64,000 nt of DNA from a virus. The stretch is from the IMG/VR virus record IMGVR_UViG_3300020444_000002, positions 22,431 to 86,430 of that record; one strand, 5' to 3'. Below the pieces are notes generated by a model. The model had not been told where the DNA came from, searched no databases, and was given only the letters and a program-made list of their open reading frames with translations. The position numbers and the translations under genes are program-made. Below, piece after piece: positions 23,428 through 34,878 of this stretch; the stretch's first letter is position 1, and every line of letters begins with the position of its first letter.

Positions 23428-23941
23428 TTCTTTCTTCTCTCTGCTTCTTGGCTATTTTAACTATATACTCAAACGCCTCGACATTACCCATAGCGTCATT
23501 AACGGGGTTATGGTCATGTTTAGTTTGGCGGAATCGTTTCCAACTCTGAGTCTCCCCAAAGTTATTATTGAGTCCAGCCCAAAAGTCAGATATTCTTCTC
23601 CCACTATGCCCGAATGGGTTGTACATACCAGCCCTGTCATACATACCAGCAATCCACATCCAGTCGTAGGCTACATTGTCAGAAACAAATACAGGCCGAT
23701 CATTCTTACAAACCTCTTTGAGCCATGTGGTAAATCGGGAAGCTACGTTATCGTCTGTGTCTATCCTGTCTCCTACGACTGGCACAGCTGGGTTGTCTGG
23801 GTCTGGAGTACCTTCAAACAGTTTGCCGTGAAATGTTTGCAAAGTGTCTCTATGAACGGCTCCGAACTCAGTCATCGTCCCGTTGACGGGGCTTGTGCCT
23901 AGTGCTTCTACATCTACAAATATATAATTACTCATCTTCAA
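23408..23941 (-). CDS. DEDDh 3'-5' exonuclease (RNase AS-like)
   Basis: FVDVE, SDNVAYD, HNPVNDA motifs. Confidence 0.8.
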   Translation of the reverse strand: MKMSNYIFVDVEALGTSPVNGTMTEFGAVHRDTLQTFHGKLFEGTPDPDNPAVPVVGDRIDTDDNVASRFTTWLKEVCKNDRPVFVSDNVAYDWMWIAGMYDRAGMYNPFGHSGRRISDFWAGLNNNFGETQSWKRFRQTKHDHNPVNDAMGNVEAFEYIVKIAKKQREERNETSAR

Positions 23942-24039
23942 CCCCCTCGATGATTATTAGTTCTGGCAATCTTTGTACATCGAGTAACTCTTTTAGGAGT
24001 TGCCCTTTCTCCCAATCCAAGGTGTATGTTTTTATTATT

Positions 24040-24468
24040 TTACGCATTTAAATGCTCCGTTACTGCTTTCGCTATTTCTGGCGTCAAGCCTTCCTGCCAA
24101 GTAGTCCTGAAAAAGTTTGGTGCTTGGTATGCTAACATGTCCATATCATCGTCCAAGATTGCATAACGAGTATATTCCTCGTGGTTATCTAGGAACGCCT
24201 CAATTTCGTATCCCCTGTCTTTACCGCGCAAGTCTGGGGTTACACCAACGAAGTCCACCACCTGCCTACGGACATCTTCCCTGCTCTCTTTCAGTAGCCT
24301 CCATGTGCTAGAAAGAACCACATCGCACCCTGTGTCTAGCTGTATCTTACCGACCAGGAATGCTGCATATGGGTCTATACCAAGAACTCCACGGTTCTTC
24401 GTGACAGCAGCGAATTTGGCACTGTTACAAACACCATCAATATCTAGGAATAATACTTTCTTACTCAC
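24040..24468 (-). CDS. HAD phosphatase (Swiss-army-knife RNA-repair type)
   Basis: FLDIDGV, VLSSTWR, ILDDD. Confidence 0.85.
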   Translation of the reverse strand: MSKKVLFLDIDGVCNSAKFAAVTKNRGVLGIDPYAAFLVGKIQLDTGCDVVLSSTWRLLKESREDVRRQVVDFVGVTPDLRGKDRGYEIEAFLDNHEEYTRYAILDDDMDMLAYQAPNFFRTTWQEGLTPEIAKAVTEHLNA

Positions 24469-26611
24469 CGTGTTCCCCCTTAGCCCTGTCGAGTGTTTCC
24501 TGCGTCACACCTGCCGCCTTCACAAACAGCTCGTACTTAAATGCCGGGTTGTCCTTTTGTAGGTCAATTGCTATCATATCCGCAACATATAGCAGGTTAT
24601 CCTGGCCTAAGCTCGCACATTTTTTTATTGCTTCTGCGATTAAGTAATAATCTTTTCTTGTCATGGTCCCTTACCCCTATAACTTTTGTTTTTATAATTT
24701 TACTACGTCTGAACTATTGTCTATTTTTAATATTTCACCATCCTCTCTAACATCAGTACAATAGCCGTAATCTATTTCCTTACAACGCTTCATCGTGTAT
24801 GTAGACTCCGTAAGTGTGAGCGTTATAGCACAGCCACCATCCTCCTGCTGGATAACAGTGCCCTTACTACCGTTAAAATCGCCAGCAATAATACCAACAT
24901 CGTCGCCCTTTTTCACTACCGTTTTACAATCATTTGGGTTGTCTGGGTCAACTGGTTTCGGTGGTCTTGTTAAAATATAAACTATAACAAGCGACACAAC
25001 TGCAATAATACCAGCAGGAACAAATACCACAGTGAAAACCTCACCAATCGGCCTGTACGGGCGCGTCCCTGACCTTCTTTCGTATGTGTCTCTGTCGTAT
25101 TCTCCTCCATATTTTTCATTCATCTCCGCAGCCCAAGCGTCAGCCTGTTTGTTCCAATTGTTTATCTTTTCCCGTCTCTTCCTTAATGGCCGTTCTAGTA
25201 AAAACATTAGCTACCTCAATTCGTCTATTTTCTGTGTAATATCTTGAATAGCATAATACTTTGGATTACCGAGCAGTAGGATAGTACCGTAGAAGAAGGG
25301 TAAGCTTGCAGCAAAAGCGATTAAAGACCAGTAACCAACAACAGTAGTCAGGAAAACACCGCACCCAACTAAGACTAACGCCGTGAATAGCTCAGTCACA
25401 CCTTTTACAACATATTGTCTTACAAAAATTGACCACAATTCAATCGCGGCAACACCAAGCCCTTTCGCTAGAGCCTCAAGCCCAGCCTGTATAGTAGAAG
25501 GGATTTTAGCATCGATAACCGCTTGTTGGGCGTCTTTAGTCCTACCCATTAGAATACCTCCCTATCTTTTTTTTCTTTGACTTTTTCGTCAACAACATGC
25601 CCTACAAGTCCGCCGAGAACTCCAGTTAACAAGCCCTTGTTTTCTTCTACTTTATCCGCAAGAAAATACCCCAAAACAGCTCCAATGGCTGCACCTTTGT
25701 TGTCTTTTACGGTTTCTGGTAACTCTTTTGTCAAAGTAGTAAGCGCTTTATCGACTACTTTTTTAACATTCTTTTGCTCTGCCACGTTTTATACCCTCTC
25801 TTTTGTTGTTTATACCCTCAATTATGCGCCTTTTTTCAGAAAAACGCAAGCTTTTTAGCTTTTAATTCGACTATCTATAACTTCATTCACCTTTAGCGCA
25901 ATATCCTCTGAAGGTGAGTCTAGCTTATCGCCCAATTTGACATATTGTTGTTCAGCGACAACATTTAAGAATTCCCTTAACCTATGGCCCATTTGGCTCG
26001 AGTAAGCTTTTAATATATATTCTGCAATAGCAACTTGCCCACCTGCTGCACCAATCTCCATAGCTTCCTGTACATCTTCTTCTTTATATGTTGCCGGCAC
26101 TTAATCCCTCCCGTCTATAAATATTTTTAATGTTCGGCCATCGTCTTGAAGAGAGCCTTCTATTTTCTTACTTGGGTCGTTCAATATAACCTGCCTCCCA
26201 ATGGCTGTTGTACCATGACACGCTGGACACTCAAGCCCCTTAAAAGCTCCTTCAACATCTATTCTCCCAGTACCCTTACAGGAAGGGCATGCAGTATGGT
26301 CGATGACCTCTAACCTAGTTACCTTAGACAAATCACTACTCATTCCATGACCTCTTATACCTAGCTTGGTAAGCGGAACGGCTTAACCCAGTTTGTTTTA
26401 GGCACTTCTCTTCCATCTCTGCTTCGTAATCAGCAGCGTCCATGAATTCCTCTTGGACTAAACGGCTAACTTGCTTTACGACAATTTTATACTCTCTGTT
26501 TACTGGAATGTGACGGACCATCGCCCGTTTATACCCCATTGCCTTAGCTTCCGCTTCAGTTTTGACAACAATATCCTGCTGGTATGGATATTCAACTGTT
26601 ATTGTTTTCAT
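24461..26611 (-). other. Cluster of small hypothetical/membrane ORFs, including a TM + KOW-like protein (24692-25207)
   Basis: Hydrophobic segments; KGDDVGIIAGDFNG..G.V KOW-like motif. Confidence 0.55.
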
Positions 26612-26703
26612 TTATAAGCCTTTCTTAGTTACTTATACGGCTAATTATGCGCCTTTTTTCAAAAAAACGCAAGCTTTTTTTCACAAATTGTTATAGAAAG
26701 TAA

Positions 26704-27234
26704 CTAAGATTGTGTTCCAAAGTGAGAAACTGTCAACCAAGTCTTCTCGCCAATACCGAGAAAATCTACATAGCTGGTACACGCACCCTGCTCCTTGTAT
26801 TGTTTAGACAGTATATTTTTCCTATGGGTCGGTGATTCCATCCAGCTACTTATAAGCTCTTTAACATTGTCTTGCCCGTACGCCAAGTTTTCGCCAGCGT
26901 ATCTATAACTATAACCGACTTTCTTGAACCAATGCCACGGCCTTGTACCGTTAGGGCTTATATGCGCCCAATAGCTGTGTTCAACCATGTCTTCTAATTT
27001 TTCACAAGCTGAGTCGTTTAACTTTTTATTCTCAAGCAACGCTTTTAGGCCTTTGTCTTGCCTTTCTTCGTTTATAAGTGCCATCTGGTTTTGGATTGTC
27101 ATTGCATTATCGGTGTATCTTGGGAATGTTCCTGATTCACCTCGCGATAGAGCTAAAATAAATAATACAAACACAGCGAACAGTGCGATTACAACCTTCA
27201 ATTTATATTTCCTCCCCACACTCACGACAAACAA
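26704..27234 (-). CDS. Secreted CAP/SCP-domain protein
   Basis: Signal/TM segment, INEER, YWAH.SP.G, AGENLA, WMESPTHRKN. Confidence 0.9.
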   Translation of the reverse strand: MFVVSVGRKYKLKVVIALFAVFVLFILALSRGESGTFPRYTDNAMTIQNQMALINEERQDKGLKALLENKKLNDSACEKLEDMVEHSYWAHISPNGTRPWHWFKKVGYSYRYAGENLAYGQDNVKELISSWMESPTHRKNILSKQYKEQGACTSYVDFLGIGEKTWLTVSHFGTQS

Positions 27235-27519
27235 TAACTCTTTCCATACTGGTTATGTTGCCCTCTTTTACCTTTTTCCATTTCTCTTCCATGAACCTAC
27301 TGCCATGCCCGTTTGGGCACTTTGGTTGTCTCGCTATTGCGATAGGTATATAAATAATTAACCAAACTATCGGTGCTATAACAAACAACGTGAACAATAC
27401 CCAAAGGACAGTAGATTGAAATTCAGCATCCCTCTGGGCGCTAAGGATGTATTCTGCGTGTGCTTCGTATGTTTCCATGCCGCTAATTATAGCTCATTTT
27501 TGCTAAAAACGCAAGCGTA

Positions 27520-27795
27520 AAACAAAAACACCCCCCGCTAAAGAGGTGTTTTGTTCGATTGGCTTCTTCTATCCACCAATCTGAGCGTAGTTTGTGGGTC
27601 GGGATCCCCCTTCGGGAACTTTACCGACATGTGGACGACCCTACTAGTGTACATGTGCCTGTCTAGTTTAGTCTGTTGTATCGTCCATTGAACTCCATAG
27701 GAGCATTTCTGCTCATCAACCCCCCGTTCATGGTTACTCCGTGGGGTGTCTACCGTTTCCAGCCTATTAGGTGCATTAGCCGTAGGGAAGCTTAT
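27520..27795 (-). ncRNA. Candidate structured ncRNA (about 230 nt plus terminator)
   Basis: No ORF; GC-richer than flanks; closing GCTTC/GAAGC, hairpins GAGCA-GAAA-TGCTC and CCC-GAA-GGG, ACATGT repeats; terminator at 27521-27555. Confidence 0.5.
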
Positions 27796-27971
27796 TATGC
27801 TACCACAACGCTCTTATTATTATAATATCACATGCGGTAGGTGGAGGATAGTGTAGAATTGTCAACAAAAGGTAAGAGCCACTAATTAAAGTGGCTCCTC
27901 TAAGAAAGGCCATTAGCGAGTGCAACGGAGTGTTGCTGCCTGCTAAGGCACTTTCAATTATGCGCTCTTTT

Positions 27972-28493
27972 TCAAAAAAACGCAACCCTATAATTGTCTA
28001 TGACCTTTTGAATGTCTGTTGCGGTTACTTTGTTACCGCTCTTTGCCCGCTTTTTTAGCGCGTCTATCGCACTATCGCCATACTCTACCCGGAGCCTTTT
28101 TTCGTATACTTTAAGGTTGCCACTTTTAGTAACATTACAGTCATTACACTGCGGGTGGCAATTCATATTGTCCCAGCGGGTATTGAGGTACCTGCGTGGC
28201 ATAAAATGCCCGTTTTGTATGCCCTCTGTCGTACGATCACAGGTATAACAAATATTGCTAATGCTCCGAATGTAGGCAGAGTGGACTCTATCAGCCTCCT
28301 TTATTAATACACTTCTATCAGAAATACTCCTGTGACGCGTTCTAAGCCGTTCTGAGGCGTTTTGTGCAGAAAGATGCACTTGTGTACGTTTTTGTATAAA
28401 ACCTTCAGGGAGAGGCTGTTTTGGACGTTCGGAGCATTTATTTTTGCTGTGCCAGATTGAACCGCAATGCTTACACGGCTTCCGGGTCAACAT
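27972..28493 (-). CDS. NinG/Rap-like recombination endonuclease
   Basis: CYTC...NGHF..R....TRWD..NCHPQC..CN...SGN. Confidence 0.85.
   Translation of the reverse strand: MLTRKPCKHCGSIWHSKNKCSERPKQPLPEGFIQKRTQVHLSAQNASERLRTRHRSISDRSVLIKEADRVHSAYIRSISNICYTCDRTTEGIQNGHFMPRRYLNTRWDNMNCHPQCNDCNVTKSGNLKVYEKRLRVEYGDSAIDALKKRAKSGNKVTATDIQKVIDNYRVAFF
28333..28427 (-). repeat. About 95-bp dispersed repeat, copy 2 (inside ninG-like CDS)
   Basis: Aligns by eye with 60797-60891 and 5548-5642. Confidence 0.6.
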
Positions 28494-29341
28494 AAACTGG
28501 TACTGCTTCTGTGGCTGGTTCGCCTTCTGTTTTTGTTTCCATTATTGCACATCCTTCTTATCAAGACGATACTTTGGCTTAGTGCGTTCTTTGTGGTTGC
28601 CCGTGCGCTTATCTGTGTCGCACAGTCCACACCCCTTCTTGCTGCGGTGTGTTGCTTTACTTTTGTGGTTTGCCATACTCCTATTATACAAACTTAACGG
28701 GAATATGTGTAGTGTAGTCTTCTTCTTTTATTAGTTTTACTGGTACATAGCCCCTGGCTCTCTTGCCCTTGGCCCAGCGTTTGCTTATGTTTGTTAACAA
28801 CTTGTCTAGTTTTATCTGTAGATTACGCAATTCGGTGATATTCTCACCGCTTAGACTACCTTCCATCGTGCTAATTGTATCGTCCAATTCATAATAGAGT
28901 TCGACAAGTTCGCCCACCAATTTACGATTAGCCACGATCAAGCATCTCTTTCATCGTGCGATACGATATGTTTTCTTTCGTTTTTTTGTCCATATGCCCG
29001 AATCCACCAATGCACCATTCATTCTCTTTCATGCGACGCATTTTTACGTCATTAAATATAGTGCCTATTGTACCATCTTCAAACTTAAACAACCAACGCT
29101 CTTTAATGCGCTGACCGTTAACCTGGGTTGGTTCGCCGAACCGCTTCACTAACTCATCTCGTGGGATGATATATGTACCAACAAGGGCGCTTCCCCCGAA
29201 GTCCATATCGTTCCATTTTTCGTGTAGTTCGTAATTCATTTAAAGCCTTTCTTAGTTGCTAATTCCAATTATGCTCCTATTCTCAAAAAAACGCAAGCCT
29301 TTTTTGCTATTATTGTTATATGTACTACAAGGTTAATGGTG

Positions 29342-29779
29342 TTATAAGTCTTTGTAAAGCTCTACCATTTCTAGTGCCCACCTATAAATGTCTTTAGCTC
29401 GCTGGCCAGCTGGCTGTGGCTTGACCCATAGCTCTAAATTTTCTATTCTATTGTCGTCCCTGACTCCGTTGATATGGTGAACGTTTTCATTAGGCAATAA
29501 AGGTCTTCCCAAGTGCTTAGACATGACCACACGGTGTTCACGTTGGTACTTGCCCTCGTGGTATATCTTCTTGTACCCTTCTGGGTCCACGCCGTTCCTA
29601 ATAATCTTACCCTCTAGTCTGTACCTACACTCTCTACAACGTACGTTCTTAACAGATTTGAATCCAAACATTTTTCCACAATCTAAGCAGGCTTTATTAT
29701 ATTGACACTTTCGACACTTCAAATGTCTCCCGTGTGGTCTGAATTCTTTATCACATTTGATACATATTTTTGTTTTCAT
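29342..29779 (-). CDS. Zinc-finger HNH homing endonuclease
   Basis: Four CxxC pairs, EHR.VM..HLGR.L...E.VHHING.RDDNR.ENLELW. Confidence 0.9.
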   Translation of the reverse strand: MKTKICIKCDKEFRPHGRHLKCRKCQYNKACLDCGKMFGFKSVKNVRCRECRYRLEGKIIRNGVDPEGYKKIYHEGKYQREHRVVMSKHLGRPLLPNENVHHINGVRDDNRIENLELWVKPQPAGQRAKDIYRWALEMVELYKDL

Positions 29780-29890
29780 TTTTGTTCCCTCAAACAAAAA
29801 GCTCCGACAGTGAGGGCTGTGGAGCTTCTATATTTCTATTTTAACAGACACCCCCATGTCTATTTCAATTATAACCTTTTTAGGTTTTTT
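29780..29890 (-). promoter_or_regulatory. Promoter plus structured 5' leader of HNH gene (copy 2)
   Basis: Homologous to 5425-5530, with covarying loop/RBS (CCCTCA/TGAGGG). Confidence 0.7.
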
Positions 29891-29904
29891 GATATTATTG
29901 GATT

Positions 29905-30273
29905 ATGTGGTATAAAGATAAGCGAGGTGTCTGGAAGAAGGACACTAAAAAGAATTTACAAATTGTTTCTCCCTCGACTCTAAGGCGTAAACGAGAAGCG
30001 TTTGAAAGAAAAAAACTCACCCCCGGATTTAAGAGGTGGAGGGTTTATCAATATAGAAAACAGGGTGGGTTATGCTTTTACTGTCGGCATAGAATCGACG
30101 GCGCTTGGCACACCGACCACTTTGTCCCGCTTGGGAGGTTCTATGGTACTAATGCCTACAAAAACTTGAGGGTCTGTTGTTCGCATTGCAACTACTACAA
30201 ATCTGTACAGTACCCGACAGCTAGACTACTGTCCGAACTACGCCTTGGGCGTGCCTGTAGGGGCGCGCACTAA
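29905..30273 (+). CDS. HNH endonuclease
   Basis: Q.GLCFYC...DHFVPL.R..G.N...NL..CC..CN..K. Confidence 0.85.
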   Translation: MWYKDKRGVWKKDTKKNLQIVSPSTLRRKREAFERKKLTPGFKRWRVYQYRKQGGLCFYCRHRIDGAWHTDHFVPLGRFYGTNAYKNLRVCCSHCNYYKSVQYPTARLLSELRLGRACRGAH

Positions 30274-31037
30274 ATAGTTTCAAGAAGTTTCTTCTTGTAG
30301 GTAGAAGTAGCTAGACGTAGCTCCCATGTCCCCTTGCCCTTACTAACATAAGCCTTGCAATAGTCTGGGTATTCTTGGGCAAGTATCTTTGCGTAACGCT
30401 CAACACGCTCGTTGGTGCGAGTTTCTTGCATGCCACCTTGCTCCTTATAATATGCAGTGTTCACGGTAATATAATTCAGACGGACCACACCTTTTTCTTT
30501 GTCGAAGTGTTTTAGTGTACGGAGGTAGTCTTCTTTTTCGTCAAATTCAACACGCTGGAAGCTTTTTTTGCGATTAATAATACCGTAACACGACCCAATA
30601 ATATAGTGCAGTCCTTCTGTCACATCATTATCCATGAAGAAATAATTACGAGCTGCATAGATACCCCATAAGCTCTTACCCTGTTTTTCACACCAGTCAA
30701 ACCCTTTCTCCGCGAAGGCAAGCACATTAGTATCTGGTATGAGTCGTTTGCCGTCTGTGCTTAACTTCTCAAAGGAAACAATATCGTCATCCAGGAACAA
30801 TATTTTCTCACCTTGTGGGTAGTAGTCAAGGATAAAGTTTCTATTACCTGCCAAAGTCGGAACAGAATCGACAACTTTCACCATATTGCCAGTGCCACTA
30901 ACATAGGCATCATGCTCTTCTGGGTCAGATATGAACACAGTAACATTATCAAGTGGGACACCGCTGCGAACTAACGCTGATATTGTTTTCTCAAATACCG
31001 TATGACTACGACGGTAGCTAGGAATTGCTATTTGCAC
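30270..31037 (-). CDS. TET-associated glycosyltransferase (GT-A fold)
   Basis: IAIPSYRR, RNFI, LDDD, KEDY, GGMQ motifs; directly downstream of TET/JBP-like gene. Confidence 0.85.
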   Translation of the reverse strand: MQIAIPSYRRSHTVFEKTISALVRSGVPLDNVTVFISDPEEHDAYVSGTGNMVKVVDSVPTLAGNRNFILDYYPQGEKILFLDDDIVSFEKLSTDGKRLIPDTNVLAFAEKGFDWCEKQGKSLWGIYAARNYFFMDNDVTEGLHYIIGSCYGIINRKKSFQRVEFDEKEDYLRTLKHFDKEKGVVRLNYITVNTAYYKEQGGMQETRTNERVERYAKILAQEYPDYCKAYVSKGKGTWELRLATSTYKKKLLETI

Positions 31038-31881
31038 TTTTAGCCTTCTCCTCTTCGATCATATGTAATAGTTTCTCAAGCTTTCTGTCTTCTGCCTTTT
31101 TAGCGTTTGCAACTTCGAGTGACGTCTCTAGGCAGTTCCACATTTGTACAAGCGAGTAGAAAACAATCGTGAACCTATAACTGCTAGGGCTTGTACCGCG
31201 CATAGGGGTAACACCATGGACAAAGCGCTGCCCGTCAAACATAGATAGTGAACCATTGCTAATTTTTAAGTTCACCTGTAGTTCTGGTACATGGAGATAC
31301 CCGCCTTTAACATCCTTTTTGAGGCCCAACATAATAGAGAACACATTTTTAAAATTACCAGTGTCAAGGTGATATTTAAGTGGATTGTTCTTGTTGATAA
31401 TCCCACTTGTGAAATGGGTCTCTGGCATCAAATATTCGCCACGAACATTAGCGGCAAGTTCAGAGTGGTTTTGGTACCTTTCTGGAGCAAATTTACCATA
31501 CAACTCCTCAGCGATATGGGCCACATGGAAAAGTTCGTCCTCAATACTCTTGTACTTATTTCCAAAGGCAGTCTTAGAGCATGTTTTCTTACCGGCCAAA
31601 CCAACCATACGCGGTCGATAGCCAATAATCTCAGATTGGGTAACAAGCCCGTTTGTTCGCTTGTTCACAGAAAACTTTACGCCAGCCAAAGCGTCAATCA
31701 TACCAGTCGTGTCGATTTCACTTTCGTTATCCTTGTAAATAACAAGTGTCTCACCAGTGGTCTCCTCGATAATAACTGTGTCTTCGTCAATTATCGGGTC
31801 GTTATTCTCTAGAGCTTTCTGGCTAAGGAGTTCTTTGGTGTTTTTTGGGGCTTGCGCTAGATTAACGTATAGCTTCTTCAT
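31018..31881 (-). CDS. TET/JBP-like 2OG-Fe(II) dioxygenase
   Basis: FTS..IN.N...YHLD.GN (HxD), HGVTP, R.TIVFY. Confidence 0.88.
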   Translation of the reverse strand: MKKLYVNLAQAPKNTKELLSQKALENNDPIIDEDTVIIEETTGETLVIYKDNESEIDTTGMIDALAGVKFSVNKRTNGLVTQSEIIGYRPRMVGLAGKKTCSKTAFGNKYKSIEDELFHVAHIAEELYGKFAPERYQNHSELAANVRGEYLMPETHFTSGIINKNNPLKYHLDTGNFKNVFSIMLGLKKDVKGGYLHVPELQVNLKISNGSLSMFDGQRFVHGVTPMRGTSPSSYRFTIVFYSLVQMWNCLETSLEVANAKKAEDRKLEKLLHMIEEEKAKSANSNS

Positions 31882-32506
31882 ACTGGTCCTTAACTGCCTG
31901 CACTACCGCATCAGTGACCGTCTCGACACCATATTTTTCACGGAAGTAGTTAGCGTATGTCATAAACTCAACGAATGAAGCTTTATCGAAGGTCAAAGAG
32001 ACAGACATAGAGTCGCGCAATTCCTGGTCTGCGAGAGCGTCACCCGGTGTACGACTATCCTCTTTTAGCCCTTGGACCTCATCACCTAATTCGTAAAAAC
32101 GGATGCCATCAAAATTTGTTGTCTCGAATATCTCAGCCTCTGGCAATTCATAAGTAGCGATAAAGTTATCGATACCCTCTTGCGTGATAGTTCCGTACTG
32201 TGAGGTGATTTGGAGTAGTCGCTTCATGGCTGTTGCCATATCCGGAGCTTCAACCGTTAGGTAAGGGATTGGTACATCTTCCCAGCCCTCTTTAGTCAGT
32301 AGCCGTTTACGTTGGTGTCCGTCCAGAAGCCACTTCTGGCCAGTCTCATCTGTCCATTGCGCAACAGGTATGTCAAACCCATTTTCAAGGATTGCGTTCT
32401 TTAGCTTTTCATAATTTTCATTTGATAAATATTTTAATTCGCCTTGGCTAGCCTCAAACTCCGAAATAGGCGCTGTGGGCAACTTGTTGGGGTTATTTAC
32501 TTTCAT
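31862..32506 (-). CDS. ParB-like N-terminal domain protein
   Basis: I.ENGF..P...LLDGHQR. Confidence 0.8.
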   Translation of the reverse strand: MKVNNPNKLPTAPISEFEASQGELKYLSNENYEKLKNAILENGFDIPVAQWTDETGQKWLLDGHQRKRLLTKEGWEDVPIPYLTVEAPDMATAMKRLLQITSQYGTITQEGIDNFIATYELPEAEIFETTNFDGIRFYELGDEVQGLKEDSRTPGDALADQELRDSMSVSLTFDKASFVEFMTYANYFREKYGVETVTDAVVQAVKDQYEEAIR

Positions 32507-32768
32507 CTTTAATCCGTCTCACGCCTAATCGTTTCGCTCTGCGAGTACCGACAAAGGCATTATTTATTTTAATTAATATCTTGCTCACTAAAGAGGCGTT
32601 CATCTTTTGCATAGTCATAGTCTATATCATCACTTCCGTATACGTCCATAGAGTCGTCATGGTTCTCTAACGCGACAACAACAGCGCCCCCTATTTTTCT
32701 CACTACACCCTCCAGTGCCTCTTTAGCCTGTTCTACGATGCGTGGTTTTTCCATATCTTTATTATACC

Positions 32769-33059
32769 TTATTTTAGTTTACCAATCAACTCATGTAAAA
32801 GGGAAGCTATACCGCTTAGCGCAAAAACACTGATAACGAAGGTGGCAATACTATCCGACAATAGTAGTGCCAGCGGAACTGCAACCCAAATTGACAGGCA
32901 ATAAAAGCAACTAACTAAGTCAAACATTCCACCCATTCGCTTTTGACGCTGGGCTAACTTTGCTCTAACTTTTGTAAAAATATCTAGCGGACCGCGCTCT
33001 GTCCACAACATTCTTGTTATGCGCCAAACTGCAACACTAGCTAAAAGCCAATAATCCAT
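32769..33059 (-). CDS. DUF1360-like membrane protein
   Basis: WR.TR.....GP, C.YC.S.W, TM helices. Confidence 0.7.
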   Translation of the reverse strand: MDYWLLASVAVWRITRMLWTERGPLDIFTKVRAKLAQRQKRMGGMFDLVSCFYCLSIWVAVPLALLLSDSIATFVISVFALSGIASLLHELIGKLK

Positions 33060-33159
33060 TGCACAATCTTATATGTTACGGCTACAATGATGGCAATAAT
33101 ACATCCGCCAATAATGACACTTGCAACCCTAGTAGCGGTGCTTTCTTTCCTGCTGTCCA

Positions 33160-33860
33160 CTATACTTCCTCCATTTTTATTTCATTTTCTTCGCGCACCT
33201 CATCAGGGTTCTCCTCTATATGTTTCAGCCTATCTTCATGGCTAGAGATAGCGTTTTTGTAAACATTAATTCGCCCTTGGTGAAACAGTTTTTCAAGTTC
33301 GACATAATCGACGGTTTTAAGGAGACCTTCAAGTGTTTTCTTACACTCGTCATATGTATAAAAAGACATAGCGACTGGTTGAATCTCTTTTTTAAGCCCA
33401 TTAATCATAAAGCCATATTTCACTTTACCAGGCTCAAGCGAACTCGCACTAATCTGCACTGTGTAATCTAGTGTACTGTCCTTAAACGCCTTGCGGATAA
33501 CTTTGCGGCATAGTTTCTCTAGTTCTGTAACTCTTTCTGTTTGTGTTTTTGGCATTATCTCTTGTTCCTTTTTTTCTTTAATGAATGTGTTGCTTTTGTA
33601 TACTTCGGGTCAGAGGCTGGCTTATGGCGACGAGCTGCACGGTTCTTTGTAACCATATTACCATCATTGTCAAAATATGTGACGGCCTTGCCGGTTGGCT
33701 TAACTTCTGCCTTTTTTGGTTTTGGACCCTGCCCTGGGTGGCCTTGTATGCGATAAGCCCAATATTTCTGCTTCTCTGGCGATAGAGTCTTAATAAACTC
33801 TTCATCAATCCAACTTGGCGGCACATACTTACGTTCTTTTTTTTGTGTTTCAGGAGCCAT
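33160..33860 (-). CDS. Two hypothetical proteins (33160-33555, 33555-33860)
   Basis: Co-oriented, abutting ORFs. Confidence 0.6.
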
Positions 33861-33864
33861 ATTC

Positions 33865-34878
33865 TTATTCTACCTTTTTCTTCTTATGGTTGTCAAGTAT
33901 TATGTCCGTTCTTTCGTTGGAGAACTTTAGTCTCTGAGAAACGCCGACATTGATGTAGTTTGTAAGTTTGTTACGCGAAACATTTGGTTTATCTATGAAA
34001 GACAAACCGTTCCAGCCCAGCAATTGCCTCCACGCCTCATCCACAGTGTATTCTATGTCTGGCACGAAAAATTCTACCCCCTCAAATTCTGGGTATATGT
34101 CTAACACGAGAGCCATTTCTGGCAATATACGGACAAGAAGCCCCATTTTCTGTAACTCAAGAATACCAGTGTCACGATGCTTTGACATCAACAACTTATC
34201 CAACTCCTGCACCCAACGCTCCACCGACACATCGTAAATACGGTCTGCAAGCTGGCGAGCCTTACCGATAAAGTTAGGGTCAATAGTGAAGCCATATCTC
34301 GCAGCGAATCGTGCAGCGCGAAGCATGCGCAGTGGGTCTTCCTGGATTCTATCCTTGTCATTGCCGACTGTAACAATCTGCTTAGAGTGAATATGCAACT
34401 TGCCACCATATGGGTCATAGATTGTTCCATCTGGACGAAGCACCATGGCGTTCATAGTGAAGTCACGACGAGCTAAATCTTCGTCTAAAGAAGGCACAAA
34501 CTGGACTTCTGGCTTGCGAGACTTGTTAGTGTATACTTCTGAGCGGAAGGTTGTTACTTCAACGTACTCATATACTGTCTTTTCTGACCAATATTCCTCA
34601 TTCACCTCGTCTTCTTCGCTGTAGTACTCTTCGTTGACAGTTACCACATATGGCACCTTAAACCCAATAGTGCCAAATTTCTTGCCGATTGCATAGGATT
34701 TACGTCCAGCCTCTTTTACCTTAGCCTCAATATCATCAGGAAGCATAGAAGTAGTGAAGTCGTAATCTTTTGGCTCATTTCCCATAACTACATCACGAAC
34801 AGAACCGCCAACAAGATACACCTCATCAGTTCCGAGGATTTCAATTACTTGTTTTTGTATTGCTAATGCTTTTTCCAT
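33865..34878 (-). CDS. cca: Class II tRNA nucleotidyltransferase (CCA-adding/poly(A) polymerase family)
   Basis: LVGGSVRD, DYD, EVTTFR, DLARRDFTMNA, EDPLRMLRAARF. Confidence 0.9.
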   Translation of the reverse strand: MEKALAIQKQVIEILGTDEVYLVGGSVRDVVMGNEPKDYDFTTSMLPDDIEAKVKEAGRKSYAIGKKFGTIGFKVPYVVTVNEEYYSEEDEVNEEYWSEKTVYEYVEVTTFRSEVYTNKSRKPEVQFVPSLDEDLARRDFTMNAMVLRPDGTIYDPYGGKLHIHSKQIVTVGNDKDRIQEDPLRMLRAARFAARYGFTIDPNFIGKARQLADRIYDVSVERWVQELDKLLMSKHRDTGILELQKMGLLVRILPEMALVLDIYPEFEGVEFFVPDIEYTVDEAWRQLLGWNGLSFIDKPNVSRNKLTNYINVGVSQRLKFSNERTDIILDNHKKKKVE

